Shown one piece after another: positions 1 through 9,000 of a DNA stretch of 64,000 nt. The DNA is from a virus: the IMG/VR virus record IMGVR_UViG_3300025769_000006; one strand, 5' to 3'. A program made the translations under genes and the position numbers. Positions within the stretch are counted from its first letter, which is position 1, and every line of letters begins with the position of its first letter. A model generated the notes under the pieces. It saw only the letters and a list, made by a program, of their open reading frames with translations, did not search any database and was not told where the DNA came from.

Positions 1-2
1 AA

Positions 3-221
3 ACAGATACTCCTTGCACTTATGCTATTCAATTTACAATTATAGGTAATCAACTGTGTATGTCTGTCTATATGCGTTCTAATGACATCTGGTACGGTTT
101 CTGTAATGATCAGTATCAATTCTCATCATTGCAAAAAATGATTGCAGAGAGGCTGAATTTACAAATAGGTTGGTATTATCACCACGCGCATAATATGCAC
201 CTATATAACGACAAACTATAA
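3..221 (+). CDS. dCMP (deoxypyrimidine) hydroxymethylase-like protein, ThyA superfamily; C-terminal 72 aa only, 5' end outside window
   Basis: Frame 3 is open from the window edge to TAA 219-221. The translation ..DTPCTYAIQFTIIGNQLCMSVYMRSNDIWYGFCNDQYQF..HNMHLYNDKL has the ThyA-family catalytic Cys. It also has an MRSND-x3-GF-x-ND block that I recall from T4 gp42 (MRSNDVVFGFRNDYAWQ). Comparison was by eye only. Confidence 0.7.
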   Translation, partial: TDTPCTYAIQFTIIGNQLCMSVYMRSNDIWYGFCNDQYQFSSLQKMIAERLNLQIGWYYHHAHNMHLYNDKL

Positions 222-225
222 ATTT

Positions 226-999
226 ATGTATTATATTTATCATATTCCGGGTAAAAAGATAGGCGTTACACGTAATCTTAACACTAGAGTTACCCTTATA
301 CAAGGCTATAAGGAGGGTGAGTATGAAGTTCTTGAACGGTCAGAAGATATAGATTATATATCAGACCGTGAAATAGAACTTCAAAAGTCTTATGGCTATA
401 AAACTGATCTTCACAAATACAATAAACTAAAACCTTTATTAAATAAAATGAAAATAAATTCTACAGAACAAACATCAACTTTTCCTTGTCCATTAAATAA
501 ATTAAAAGGTAGATTAATGGATAATATTGGTTTAAAATGGAAAACAACACACGGAGACTTTAATATAACAAAACAAACTATTAACTGGATAGTAGCAAAT
601 GCTAAAGCATCTATGTTTGATAATGAAAGATGTTTTATTTATAATAAAGCTTTTTATGAATGTTTTTTAAATCCAGATCATAATCCCTCAGGTGATCCTG
701 AAATATCAAGATTTAATTTAATAAGAGAATGGGCTGACAGTAGAGGCATAACTAGCAAAGGTAACTCACATACTCAGTACGTTAAACTAATGGAAGAAGC
801 TGGCGAACTAGCAGAAGCAATATTAAAAAAAGATAGAAAAGAAATATACGACGCAATAGGCGATATGATAGTTGTATTAACAAATCTAGCTACATTAGAA
901 GATATGAAAATTGAAGACTGTATAGATTATGCTTACAATGAGATATCTAAAAGAAAAGGTAAAATGATTAATGGAACATTTGTAAAAAATACATTATAA
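226..999 (+). CDS. GIY-YIG nuclease domain fused to a MazG-like NTP pyrophosphohydrolase domain
   Basis: The N-terminus YIYHIPGKKIGVTRNLNTR..REIELQ fits the GIY / YIG / R / E pattern. The C-terminus KLMEEAGELAEAILKKDRKEIYDAIGDMIVVLTNLA fits the MazG EExxE..D helix pair. Confidence 0.7.
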   Translation: MYYIYHIPGKKIGVTRNLNTRVTLIQGYKEGEYEVLERSEDIDYISDREIELQKSYGYKTDLHKYNKLKPLLNKMKINSTEQTSTFPCPLNKLKGRLMDNIGLKWKTTHGDFNITKQTINWIVANAKASMFDNERCFIYNKAFYECFLNPDHNPSGDPEISRFNLIREWADSRGITSKGNSHTQYVKLMEEAGELAEAILKKDRKEIYDAIGDMIVVLTNLATLEDMKIEDCIDYAYNEISKRKGKMINGTFVKNTL

Positions 1000-1313
1000 T
1001 GAAGATAAACACTAAAGATGAAATAGTATTATCAGTACTAAAAAAAATGGATCAACGTAGTATTATTGGTCAACAAAAATACGGAGCTACAATGATGCAA
1101 GAAATCGAAGGTCAAGAAAAAGATCTTAATCGTTTCTTGGTTGATGTGCAAGAAGAGTTAATGGATGCTTTATTGTATATTGAAGCTGCGAAACGTTGTT
1201 TACAAGATGAGATTGAAGAGTGTATGATTAATAGAATAAACGTTGTAGGTCAAAATGGTAACGATGGTTTACACTATCATGATATAGAAATAAATGAAGC
1301 GGAGACCTTATAA
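999..1313 (+). CDS. hypothetical protein, possible all-alpha NTP-PPase (MazG-like) fold
   Basis: TAATG stop/start overlap with the upstream gene. KYGATMMQE..(30 aa)..DVQEELMDALLYIEAAK is reminiscent of small phage MazG-like proteins; the match is weak. Confidence 0.35.
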   Translation: MKINTKDEIVLSVLKKMDQRSIIGQQKYGATMMQEIEGQEKDLNRFLVDVQEELMDALLYIEAAKRCLQDEIEECMINRINVVGQNGNDGLHYHDIEINEAETL

Positions 1314-1752
1314 ACGAAAGAAAAAACGCGGACCTGTACAGTCAAAAAAAGTGTCGTATGATGGTATTAATTTTGCTTCAGGCCTTGAGCGTTACATGTA
1401 CATGGCTTTAAAGAAAAATAAAATTAAAGCTAAATACGAAGGAGAGACTTTTGTTTTATTAGCAGGTTTTCATTTTGAAAACGAGGTTTATGAAAGATGT
1501 AGTAATGGTAAGGGTGATTATAAAAACAGAGGTTGTAAACGTATATTACCTATTAAATACACTCCTGATTTCATTGGTGATGATTTTATAATAGAAACAA
1601 AAGGTAGAGCTAATGAGTCCTTTCCAATGCGTTGGAAATTATTTAAAAGACTTGTTATGAATCAGTTTCCTAATTACACATTATATAAACCACAAAATCA
1701 AAAAGAATGCGACGAAACAATAAGCATAATCCTTTCGAAGCGAAAAGGATAG
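1294..1752 (+). CDS. PD-(D/E)XK-type nuclease-like protein (DUF1064-like)
   Basis: YTPDFIGDDFIIETKG supplies a D...ExK restriction-endonuclease-like motif. The N-terminus is basic. Confidence 0.5.
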   Translation: MKRRPYKRKKKRGPVQSKKVSYDGINFASGLERYMYMALKKNKIKAKYEGETFVLLAGFHFENEVYERCSNGKGDYKNRGCKRILPIKYTPDFIGDDFIIETKGRANESFPMRWKLFKRLVMNQFPNYTLYKPQNQKECDETISIILSKRKG

Positions 1753-1880
1753 CTAGACAAAAATATGCTGAGCGTCAAATTGAGAAATGGTGTAATTGGA
1801 GTTGGGAGATGCGAGGTAAAATAAAATACAAAGAACTAGTAGAATTACAAAAAGAATATAAAATTAAAGTATATGGATAA
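1707..1880 (+). CDS. small hypothetical protein (57 aa), not in ORF track
   Basis: ATG 1707 to TAA 1878-1880: MRRNNKHNPFEAKRIARQKYAERQIEKWCNWSWEMRGKIKYKELVELQKEYKIKVYG. It fills an otherwise empty gap and overlaps the 3' end of the previous gene out of frame. Confidence 0.25.
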   Translation: MRRNNKHNPFEAKRIARQKYAERQIEKWCNWSWEMRGKIKYKELVELQKEYKIKVYG

Positions 1881-2022
1881 TAATAATAATATTTCTTGGT
1901 CTTTAGAAGTTGGCTTTTACCCAGGCATTCTATTTGGATTAAGAACTTATGATGAAGAAGAAAGAGTTTCATGGGTTTTATATATACCTTTTATTGATTT
2001 ATGTTTAACAATTTATAAGTAA
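1873..2022 (+). CDS. small hypothetical protein (49 aa), not in ORF track
   Basis: ATG 1873 to TAA 2020-2022, with a TAATG overlap onto the nrdB start: MDNNNNISWSLEVGFYPGILFGLRTYDEEERVSWVLYIPFIDLCLTIYK. Confidence 0.3.
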   Translation: MDNNNNISWSLEVGFYPGILFGLRTYDEEERVSWVLYIPFIDLCLTIYK

Positions 2023-2990
2023 TGGGTTTATTTGATGAGCGCGTAGCGTATAAACCATTTGAATACCCTGAATATTATACAGAGGGTTGGTTAAAGCAAG
2101 CACAAGCATTTTGGTTACATACTGAAATCTCAATGCAAAGTGATATTAAAGATTGGAAAGAGAAATTAAATGAAAAAGAGAAAAACTTGGTTGGAAACAT
2201 ACTACTCGGCTTCGCACAAACTGAATGTGCGGTGTCGGATTATTGGACGCAGAAGGTTGTCGGGTGGTTTCCTAAACACGAAATACAACAGATGGCAATG
2301 ATGTTTGGATCTCAAGAAACAGTTCACGCTGTTGCTTATAGTTATTTAAACGAAACACTAGGATTAGAAGATTATGAAGCATTTTTACACGAACCAGCAA
2401 CGGCTGCTAGATTTGATAATTTGGTTGCTTACGACGGTAATAATCCTGTTGGTATTGCGAAAAGCTTGGCTGTATTTTCAGCCTTCGCTGAAGGAGTTAG
2501 TTTGTATAGTGCTTTTGCAGTGCTTTATAGTTTTCAGCTTCGAAATTTACTTAAAGGTATCGGGCAACAAATGAAGTGGTCTGTAAGAGATGAGTCTTTA
2601 CACAGTAAAATGGGCTGTAAACTTTTTCGAGATATGTGCAATGAAAACGATCAATTACTGCATTTATGTCGAGAAGATATAATAAAAGCTGCAGAAAACA
2701 TGGTATCACTTGAAACTAAATACATTAGAAAAATGTTTGAAGCTGGAGATATAGATGGTATAAAAGCAAATGATTTAATACATTTTATAAAAAAGAGAGC
2801 AAATGAAAAACTGGTTGAACTTGGTTACATTGATCTTGGCTCGTACTTCGCGTATGACAAAGATGCAGCGTCTAATCTTGATTGGTTCTATCATCTTACC
2901 GGCGGGGTCACTCATACTGATTTTTTCGCAATACGGCCGACGGATTATTCGAAGGCTAACGAAGGCGAAGACTTTGACGACATTTGGTAA
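2022..2990 (+). CDS. nrdB: ribonucleotide reductase class Ia, beta (R2) subunit
   Basis: Di-iron and radical-site motifs are present: FWLHTEI, SQETVHAVAYSY, AFAEGVSLYSAF, VRDESLHS. The acidic C-terminal R1-binding tail is EGEDFDDIW. Confidence 0.95.
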   Translation: MGLFDERVAYKPFEYPEYYTEGWLKQAQAFWLHTEISMQSDIKDWKEKLNEKEKNLVGNILLGFAQTECAVSDYWTQKVVGWFPKHEIQQMAMMFGSQETVHAVAYSYLNETLGLEDYEAFLHEPATAARFDNLVAYDGNNPVGIAKSLAVFSAFAEGVSLYSAFAVLYSFQLRNLLKGIGQQMKWSVRDESLHSKMGCKLFRDMCNENDQLLHLCREDIIKAAENMVSLETKYIRKMFEAGDIDGIKANDLIHFIKKRANEKLVELGYIDLGSYFAYDKDAASNLDWFYHLTGGVTHTDFFAIRPTDYSKANEGEDFDDIW

Positions 2991-3025
2991 TATAGTAACT
3001 GAACAAGAAATATACGAAGAGCTTT

Positions 3026-3256
3026 ATGAAAGAAAGTAAGTTAATAGAAATGAAAAACAAAATAGATGCTCAAAGTAGAATAATGCAGCATCTATTAAAT
3101 GAATTAAGTAACATAAGGGATCTTGCTATAGGTACTTTAGAAACATTAAAATTAATACCTGGATATGATGATGCAATTGAAAAAATTAAAAAGGATATTA
3201 CTGAGAAATCTAGTAAGACAAAAAAGACTGAGTCCTTGGAAAAGATTAGCAACTAG
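3026..3256 (+). CDS. hypothetical coiled-coil protein
   Basis: ORF track entry located between nrdB and nrdA; no recognisable motif. Confidence 0.45.
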   Translation: MKESKLIEMKNKIDAQSRIMQHLLNELSNIRDLAIGTLETLKLIPGYDDAIEKIKKDITEKSSKTKKTESLEKISN

Positions 3257-3266
3257 ATCTGGTTAT

Positions 3267-3434
3267 ATGGGCAGTGGTTTTTTAATAGCTGCTCAATGGA
3301 CTATAGAGCCTAAACTTTATATAGTTGGCTTTATATTAGTAATGATACAAACAGCTTCAAGAAAACAATGGAATCTTGTAGCATTAAACATGAATGGATT
3401 AATAGCATGGATAAAACACTTAACAATTATATAA
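3267..3434 (+). CDS. small membrane protein (56 aa)
   Basis: In-frame ATG 3267 of ORF 3165..3434 avoids overlap with 3026..3256. MGSGFLIAAQWTIEPKLYIVGFILVMIQ.. has two hydrophobic segments. Its stop abuts the nrdA ATG. Confidence 0.45.
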   Translation: MGSGFLIAAQWTIEPKLYIVGFILVMIQTASRKQWNLVALNMNGLIAWIKHLTII

Positions 3435-5156
3435 ATGTGGAATAATGAATGGAAAAAAGGAGAAGACTATCCAAGGTGGGGAGACACGGATGTTTACAAA
3501 AAAACTATCTCAGGAGGATATTTACTTGCTGGAGAATCTCCTAAGCAAGCGTATGAAAGAGTATCAAAAACGGTCGCAAGAAGGTTATACAAACCGGAAA
3601 TGGCAGAAAGATTCTTTGAATATATTTGGAATGGTTGGCTTTGCCTTGCTAGTCCTGTTCTTAGTAACACTGGGACTGATAGAGGTCTTCCTATAAGTTG
3701 TTTTGGTATAGACGTCGCGGACAGCATACAAGATATAGGGCATAAAAATTTAGAGATGATGCTACTCGCTAAGCACGGCGGTGGAGTTGGCATTGGCATT
3801 AACATGATTAGACCCGCCGGCGCTAAAATAACAGGGAATGGAACATCAGATGGAGTCGTACCCTTCTGCAAAATATATGACTCAACAATTCTTGCAACTA
3901 ATCAAGGATCTGTCAGACGAGGAGCTGCTTCAGTTAACATTAACATTGAGCACGACGATTTTGAAGAATGGCTTGAAATTAGAGAGCCAAAGGGAGACGT
4001 TAACAGACAGTCGCTTAATCTACATCAATGCGCAGTTGTTGGTGACAAGTTTATGCGTAAGCTTGAACAAGGAGATACGGACGCTAGAAATAGATGGAGT
4101 AAATTACTTAGAAAAAGAAAAGCAACTGGAGAACCGTATATATTATTTAAAGGAAACACTAACAAAAGAAATCCAAAAGCATATAAAGAAAACGGTTTAA
4201 AAGTACATATGACAAATATATGTTCTGAGATCACGTTGCACACTGATGAAAACCATAGTTTTGTTTGCTGTTTATCATCATTAAATTTAGCTAAATATGA
4301 AGAATGGAAAGGTACAAATCTTATATACGACGCCACTTGGTTTCTTGATGGCGTTATGGAGGAATTTATTCAAAGAGCAAAAGGACTTAGAGGTTTTGAA
4401 AACGCGGTTCGTAGTGCTACAAAAGGAAGAGCACTCGGGTTGGGTGTACTCGGATGGCACACGTATCTCCAAGAAAACGGAGTACCTTTTGAAGGTCTAC
4501 TTGCTCAGTTTGAAACTAGGAAAATATTTTCGCAAATTAAAATTGAAAGTGAAAGAGCTTCCAGGGATCTTGCTGAAATTTATGGCGAGCCTTTGTGGTG
4601 TGTTGGTACTGGTGTGCGCAATACTCACCTTCGCGCTATTGCTCCCACTGTATCTAATAGTAAGCTTTCGGGCAATGTATCTCCGGGTATTGAGCCGTGG
4701 GCGGCAAACGTATTTACAGAGCAATCTGCTAAAGGAACGTTTATAAGAAAAAATCCTACATTATTAAAACTATTAAGAAAACTTAAAATAAATAACAATG
4801 AAACTTGGGACAAAATTTTGGCAGATGGTGGTAGTGTTCAAGGTTTATCTGAGCTTGACGGGATTGTGGTTGGGCCTCATGATATACCGGCTAAAGAAGT
4901 ATTTAAAACTTTCAAGGAAATAAATCAGTTAGAGTTGGTTAATCAAGCTGGTATACGTCAGCAATATATAGATCAATCTGTTAGTTTAAATCTAGCTTTT
5001 CCTAGTGTTGCTAAACCTAAATGGATTAATCAAGTTCATATGCAGGCTTGGAAAAATGGTATTAAAACCTTATATTACACAAGGACAGAGTCAGTGCTAA
5101 GAGGAGATATAGCACAACAAGCAATGAGCGAAGATTGTTTGGCTTGTGATGGCTAA
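3435..5156 (+). CDS. nrdA: ribonucleotide reductase class Ia, alpha (R1) subunit, no ATP-cone
   Basis: Active-site blocks NLHQCAVV, TNICSEITL and FVCCLSSLNL are present. The C-terminal redox pair is CLACDG. At 573 aa it starts directly in the all-alpha domain. Confidence 0.95.
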   Translation: MWNNEWKKGEDYPRWGDTDVYKKTISGGYLLAGESPKQAYERVSKTVARRLYKPEMAERFFEYIWNGWLCLASPVLSNTGTDRGLPISCFGIDVADSIQDIGHKNLEMMLLAKHGGGVGIGINMIRPAGAKITGNGTSDGVVPFCKIYDSTILATNQGSVRRGAASVNINIEHDDFEEWLEIREPKGDVNRQSLNLHQCAVVGDKFMRKLEQGDTDARNRWSKLLRKRKATGEPYILFKGNTNKRNPKAYKENGLKVHMTNICSEITLHTDENHSFVCCLSSLNLAKYEEWKGTNLIYDATWFLDGVMEEFIQRAKGLRGFENAVRSATKGRALGLGVLGWHTYLQENGVPFEGLLAQFETRKIFSQIKIESERASRDLAEIYGEPLWCVGTGVRNTHLRAIAPTVSNSKLSGNVSPGIEPWAANVFTEQSAKGTFIRKNPTLLKLLRKLKINNNETWDKILADGGSVQGLSELDGIVVGPHDIPAKEVFKTFKEINQLELVNQAGIRQQYIDQSVSLNLAFPSVAKPKWINQVHMQAWKNGIKTLYYTRTESVLRGDIAQQAMSEDCLACDG

Positions 5157-5230
5157 AGGCTAAAAGTTATGACTTTTTTATACATACAATAACTAATGTG
5201 TATAAAAAATTGAATAATCTATACATATTA

Positions 5231-5264
5231 AAAAAGGGGACCTCATTTGAGATCCCCTTTCTTG
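5231..5264. terminator. bidirectional hairpin terminator between convergent operons
   Basis: aaaaaGGGGAcCTCatttGAGaTCCCCtttctt: a GC-rich stem flanked by an A-run and a T-run. Confidence 0.7.
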
Positions 5265-5298
5265 GTTACAGGAACTTTTGGGTATGGTACGCCCATTT

Positions 5299-5535
5299 TT
5301 ATTTTGTTCCTTTTTTTCTACCTTTTCTAGTTTTACCAGCTAAAGCATCATCAATGTCTCCTATTTGATTTCCAACTTCTTTAATAGCATCTGCAACATC
5401 TTTTAACTCTTGAGTAGTTAACTTGTATCTTCTCTTTATTTCTTTTAAAGTTGCTATAGCTTTTTCATCTATGCTTGTTTTACTCCAAAGTAAATTCCAA
5501 ACATCTATCCAGTATTGTTTTGTTAATTTCCACAT
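5299..5535 (-). CDS. hypothetical protein (last gene of late operon)
   Basis: ORF track entry. The previous gene's stop lies 1 nt upstream of its ATG (near-abutting). The C-terminus is basic. Confidence 0.5.
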   Translation of the reverse strand: MWKLTKQYWIDVWNLLWSKTSIDEKAIATLKEIKRRYKLTTQELKDVADAIKEVGNQIGDIDDALAGKTRKGRKKGTK

Positions 5536-5536
5536 A

Positions 5537-5692
5537 TTATTTATTTTTTTTTAGTTTAATCCATTTATCTAGAGTGTAACCTATTGTTACCAATAATAAT
5601 ATTATCTTTAAACCCATTTCAATATTTGTAAAGGTTGTAACACCTAAGGTTGAAGCATTTATAACGTAAAGTTTTATTTGTTGAAAATCCAT
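5537..5692 (-). CDS. small TM protein, holin candidate (51 aa), not in ORF track
   Basis: ATG 5692 to TAA 5537-5539: MDFQQIKLYVINASTLGVTTFTNIEMGLKIILLLVTIGYTLDKWIKLKKNK. It has a hydrophobic core and a charged tail, and sits immediately downstream of the M15 endolysin. Confidence 0.45.
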   Translation of the reverse strand: MDFQQIKLYVINASTLGVTTFTNIEMGLKIILLLVTIGYTLDKWIKLKKNK

Positions 5693-5700
5693 TTTTTATT

Positions 5701-6057
5701 TTAATAATAAGTCCAAATTAAGTTTTGTGATTTGTTTTCGTCTATGTCTACGTGTATAAAACTACTACCTACACCTATTCTTTTAAATCCAACCTCAATA
5801 AAAGCATTTACCATGTCAAATCTATCTTTAGATGTTTTACAGCTTATGTCTGCAGCGATGCCTAGCATATGAGAAGAGTTTTTAACCCCACCAATCTTAA
5901 CATTATGTTCTTTTGTTCTATAACCCGAATTCACGCGCATGGGTCTACCGTATATTTCTCTTGCTTTATCTAACATTTCTAAGAAACATTGATCCATTAT
6001 CTTACCACTACCTGGCAAACCTGGACAATCAAATTCTTCTATTTTAAAGTGTTTCAT
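5701..6057 (-). CDS. peptidase M15 (L-Ala-D-Glu / D-Ala-D-Ala peptidase type) endolysin
   Basis: SGYRTKEHNVKIGGVKNSSHMLGIAADI ... FIHVD gives the H-x6-D ... H zinc triad of the M15 family. Confidence 0.85.
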   Translation of the reverse strand: MKHFKIEEFDCPGLPGSGKIMDQCFLEMLDKAREIYGRPMRVNSGYRTKEHNVKIGGVKNSSHMLGIAADISCKTSKDRFDMVNAFIEVGFKRIGVGSSFIHVDIDENKSQNLIWTYY

Positions 6058-6061
6058 ATTT

Positions 6062-9000
6062 TTATAAATTTATATCTATATCTAAGTTTAAATCTATATT
6101 TAAGTCATTTAATTCTCCACCAAAATCTAAACCAAAAGGATTGTTTATATTGTTGTTATTTTGGTATTGATCTTCGTCTAAATCTAAATTCCATTTACTA
6201 TAACCAAAGAAGAAAGCAATTCTTTGCCATGTTTCATATTGACTATCTAACACGGCTGCTGCATTTTCTGCTTTTATCATTAGCCTATCAAGCGGTATAT
6301 TTAAAGTTGCAGATGTTAAAGTTGTAAGAGCCTCTAAAGCGTAAGGATTTTTTATTGGATCCCAACCCCAATAATCAAAGTATTCTGACTTATAACTATA
6401 AGACTGATAAGCTTTAGCTAATTTTCTAGCCTTAATACCTATAGGTGCAGAAACATTTAAAGCTTCTATAACTAGTTGATATTCTTTTCCTCTACCACGT
6501 CTTGGTCCTTGACTAAGCTCGTAAGCTTTTAGCGAAACATTTTTGACAGCAGCAATATAAGCTCCATACAAACCAGCTCCTCTTATTAAAGTATCTAGCA
6601 TACTATTGGCAGCTCTAGTTTTACTTTGCGTATAATCTACATATCTTTCATCATCATCGTCCCACATTCTAAATAAAGCGTTTTGCAAGAAATTAAATAT
6701 AAAATTTTGAATAGCCGCATAATAAACTATTTTAGAAACATTACCAGTAAAACTACCTCTATTTTTTGCAATATTTAAAGCTGCAGTTTTTATTATTCTA
6801 GCGTATTGTAGTGGTGTGTTTTGAAATGCCAAAAGCAATCTACCTTTAACAGATGCTTGGTTTTGAGAGATTTTAGATGGATCTGCTGACTGTTGACTTA
6901 TTTCAGCTGTTTCGTAAAACTCTAACATAGCTCTTTTTTCGGCTTCTGCTCTATCAACTCCTTTTTTAACTAAATCATTTATTCTATTTCTATAAAAAGT
7001 AGTTCCACCTAATGTTATTGCTAAGCTATCAGCGGCTCTTGTTGGTATAAAACCTTTTTTAAGAGCCCAAAATATTAAACCTTTTGTTTTTTGTGCCCAT
7101 GTTTTATTATTAGGACTATTCAAAACATCTACAAACTCCGCTTCTTGTAAATCACTTAATAAACCAGATCTTCTATCTTTTAAATAAGGAGAGTTCCAAA
7201 GTGTTTTAAAATCTTTAACCATTTGTGGAACATTTAATATAGCTTTACCAGCAGCTAAAGGATTATTAAATGTCATATTAATAAAGTTTGTAGCTGATAT
7301 TGTTTGCAGTAAAGCAGATCTCATGTTGAAAAACATAGTAACACCTACAGAACCATTAAGCCAGTCAACCCAACCTCTAGTTGCTTTATCTAAACCTTTA
7401 GGTTTGTTTGTACCGGTTTGCATTCTACCTAAAACATCTGTTAGAGCATCAACATAAGGAGTACCATAAGCGGCTTGTAATTTAGCCATTGTTTCTTTGT
7501 TAAATATCAAATCAACATTTTGCTTCCATCTTTGTAAATATTTAGCTCTATTTAGTTTAGTTAATATAGATTGAACGTCTGAAAGTATGTTACCATCAAC
7601 CCATTGTTGAGGTGGTTCTATATATCCATTAGGTTGTTTAGCTAATAATGATATTTGTTGAGCTAATTTTCTTAACTTTGGATTTGTTCGAACTACTTCA
7701 GATAAATTAAATATATCTTTAGATTCTAAATCTGGTATTTGATATCCAGCTTTTTTCCATAAATAAACTCTTATAGCTTGATCGTTACTAAAACCAGAAT
7801 AACTAGAATCTTCTCTTAGTAGTTTTTTTGTTTGCTTATCAAATAAGTTTTTCCAATCTCTATGTGCTGAGTTTCTAGCATTTATTAAATCTAAGTTGCC
7901 TTCTGAATAAGGTTTTATTATATTTTCTGTTACCCAATCTACTTGTTGCTCTCCTTTTTTACCTCTACCTGAAGCAACCATAAGCATTAAACCTAAAAAA
8001 TCAGAATCTGCAGGTGGTAAATATATTTTTTTAGAAATATTCTTAGCCATCTGCTCTGCTCTTGCTTTAGAAAAAGTTTCTTCTACAGCAATGCCAGTAT
8101 TTTCTTCAATTATTTGATTAAACGCTGTATTTAAATTATTACTATAATTTTTATTATTTTCTAAAGAAAATTTAGTAACATCTAAAACGCCTTTTGTTAT
8201 TTTACCTTTTTTATTGTTAGCGTTTTTAAATTCAAATTCATTATATCCTTGAGATATTTTATCTATTAAATAATAAGAAACTGCTTTATCGTTCATCTTA
8301 CCTAAGTCAGGAACTTTAAATTTGTTTCTTTTTTGGCTAAACTTAGAAACTTGTCTAGATGCTTGATCCATTATTCTAGCTGTAAAAAACTGCTGATTAG
8401 GATCATTAGAATATGTAAGATAAGAATTTAGCTTAGCATTGTTTCTAGTTCCATTGCTCATGCTAAATTTAACTTTATCAGATTTTCCTTTAGCAAAGTT
8501 GTTTATTACCTTGTTTCTTGTATTTATATTTTGTAAATCGTTGTATAAGTTTACATTTCTTTTAGATATTTCATTTAAGAAAGCATCGTTTCTTAAAGAG
8601 TTTCTAGCTTCTTGAAGAACTAAAACATCTCCAAATAATTCCATTAAAGCTGTTCTTCTATCAAAATAAGCTGTAGCCCAAAGTTTATTGCCTGTTCTAC
8701 TTAATTCAACTGGTAGTAATTTTTTTAATAAAACGTTAGGATTTTTACTATAAGTTCTTATTATTCTAGTTGCTTCATCTACACCAAAATAACTCTGTAA
8801 AAAAGTAACAACATTTATATCTTTTGTTTTCTGCGGCCTACCTTGATCATCTGTGGTTTTTAATCTTGGTGGAACTTTCTTTATAGCATAGGTGGACTCA
8901 CCGGTGACTGGATCAATTGGATTGTTTATGACTTCCCATATAGTTTTCCAGTTGTTAAACATAAATGAATCTAGATCTGTGCTATTTTTAAACGTCATTC

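Noticed and set aside
79-303. 74-aa minus-strand ORF
   Set aside because: It lies antisense to the well-supported hydroxymethylase fragment and the GIY-YIG start, and has no motif or coupling.
3445-4813. Seven alternative-frame or antisense ORFs inside nrdA (e.g. 3494..3871, 3838..4200, 4297..4746)
   Set aside because: nrdA is motif-confirmed across its whole length. These are shadow ORFs of an AT-rich gene.
2022-5156. Group I intron, intein or homing-endonuclease insertion in nrdB or nrdA
   Set aside because: Both reading frames are continuous, of normal length, and have all catalytic blocks in order.
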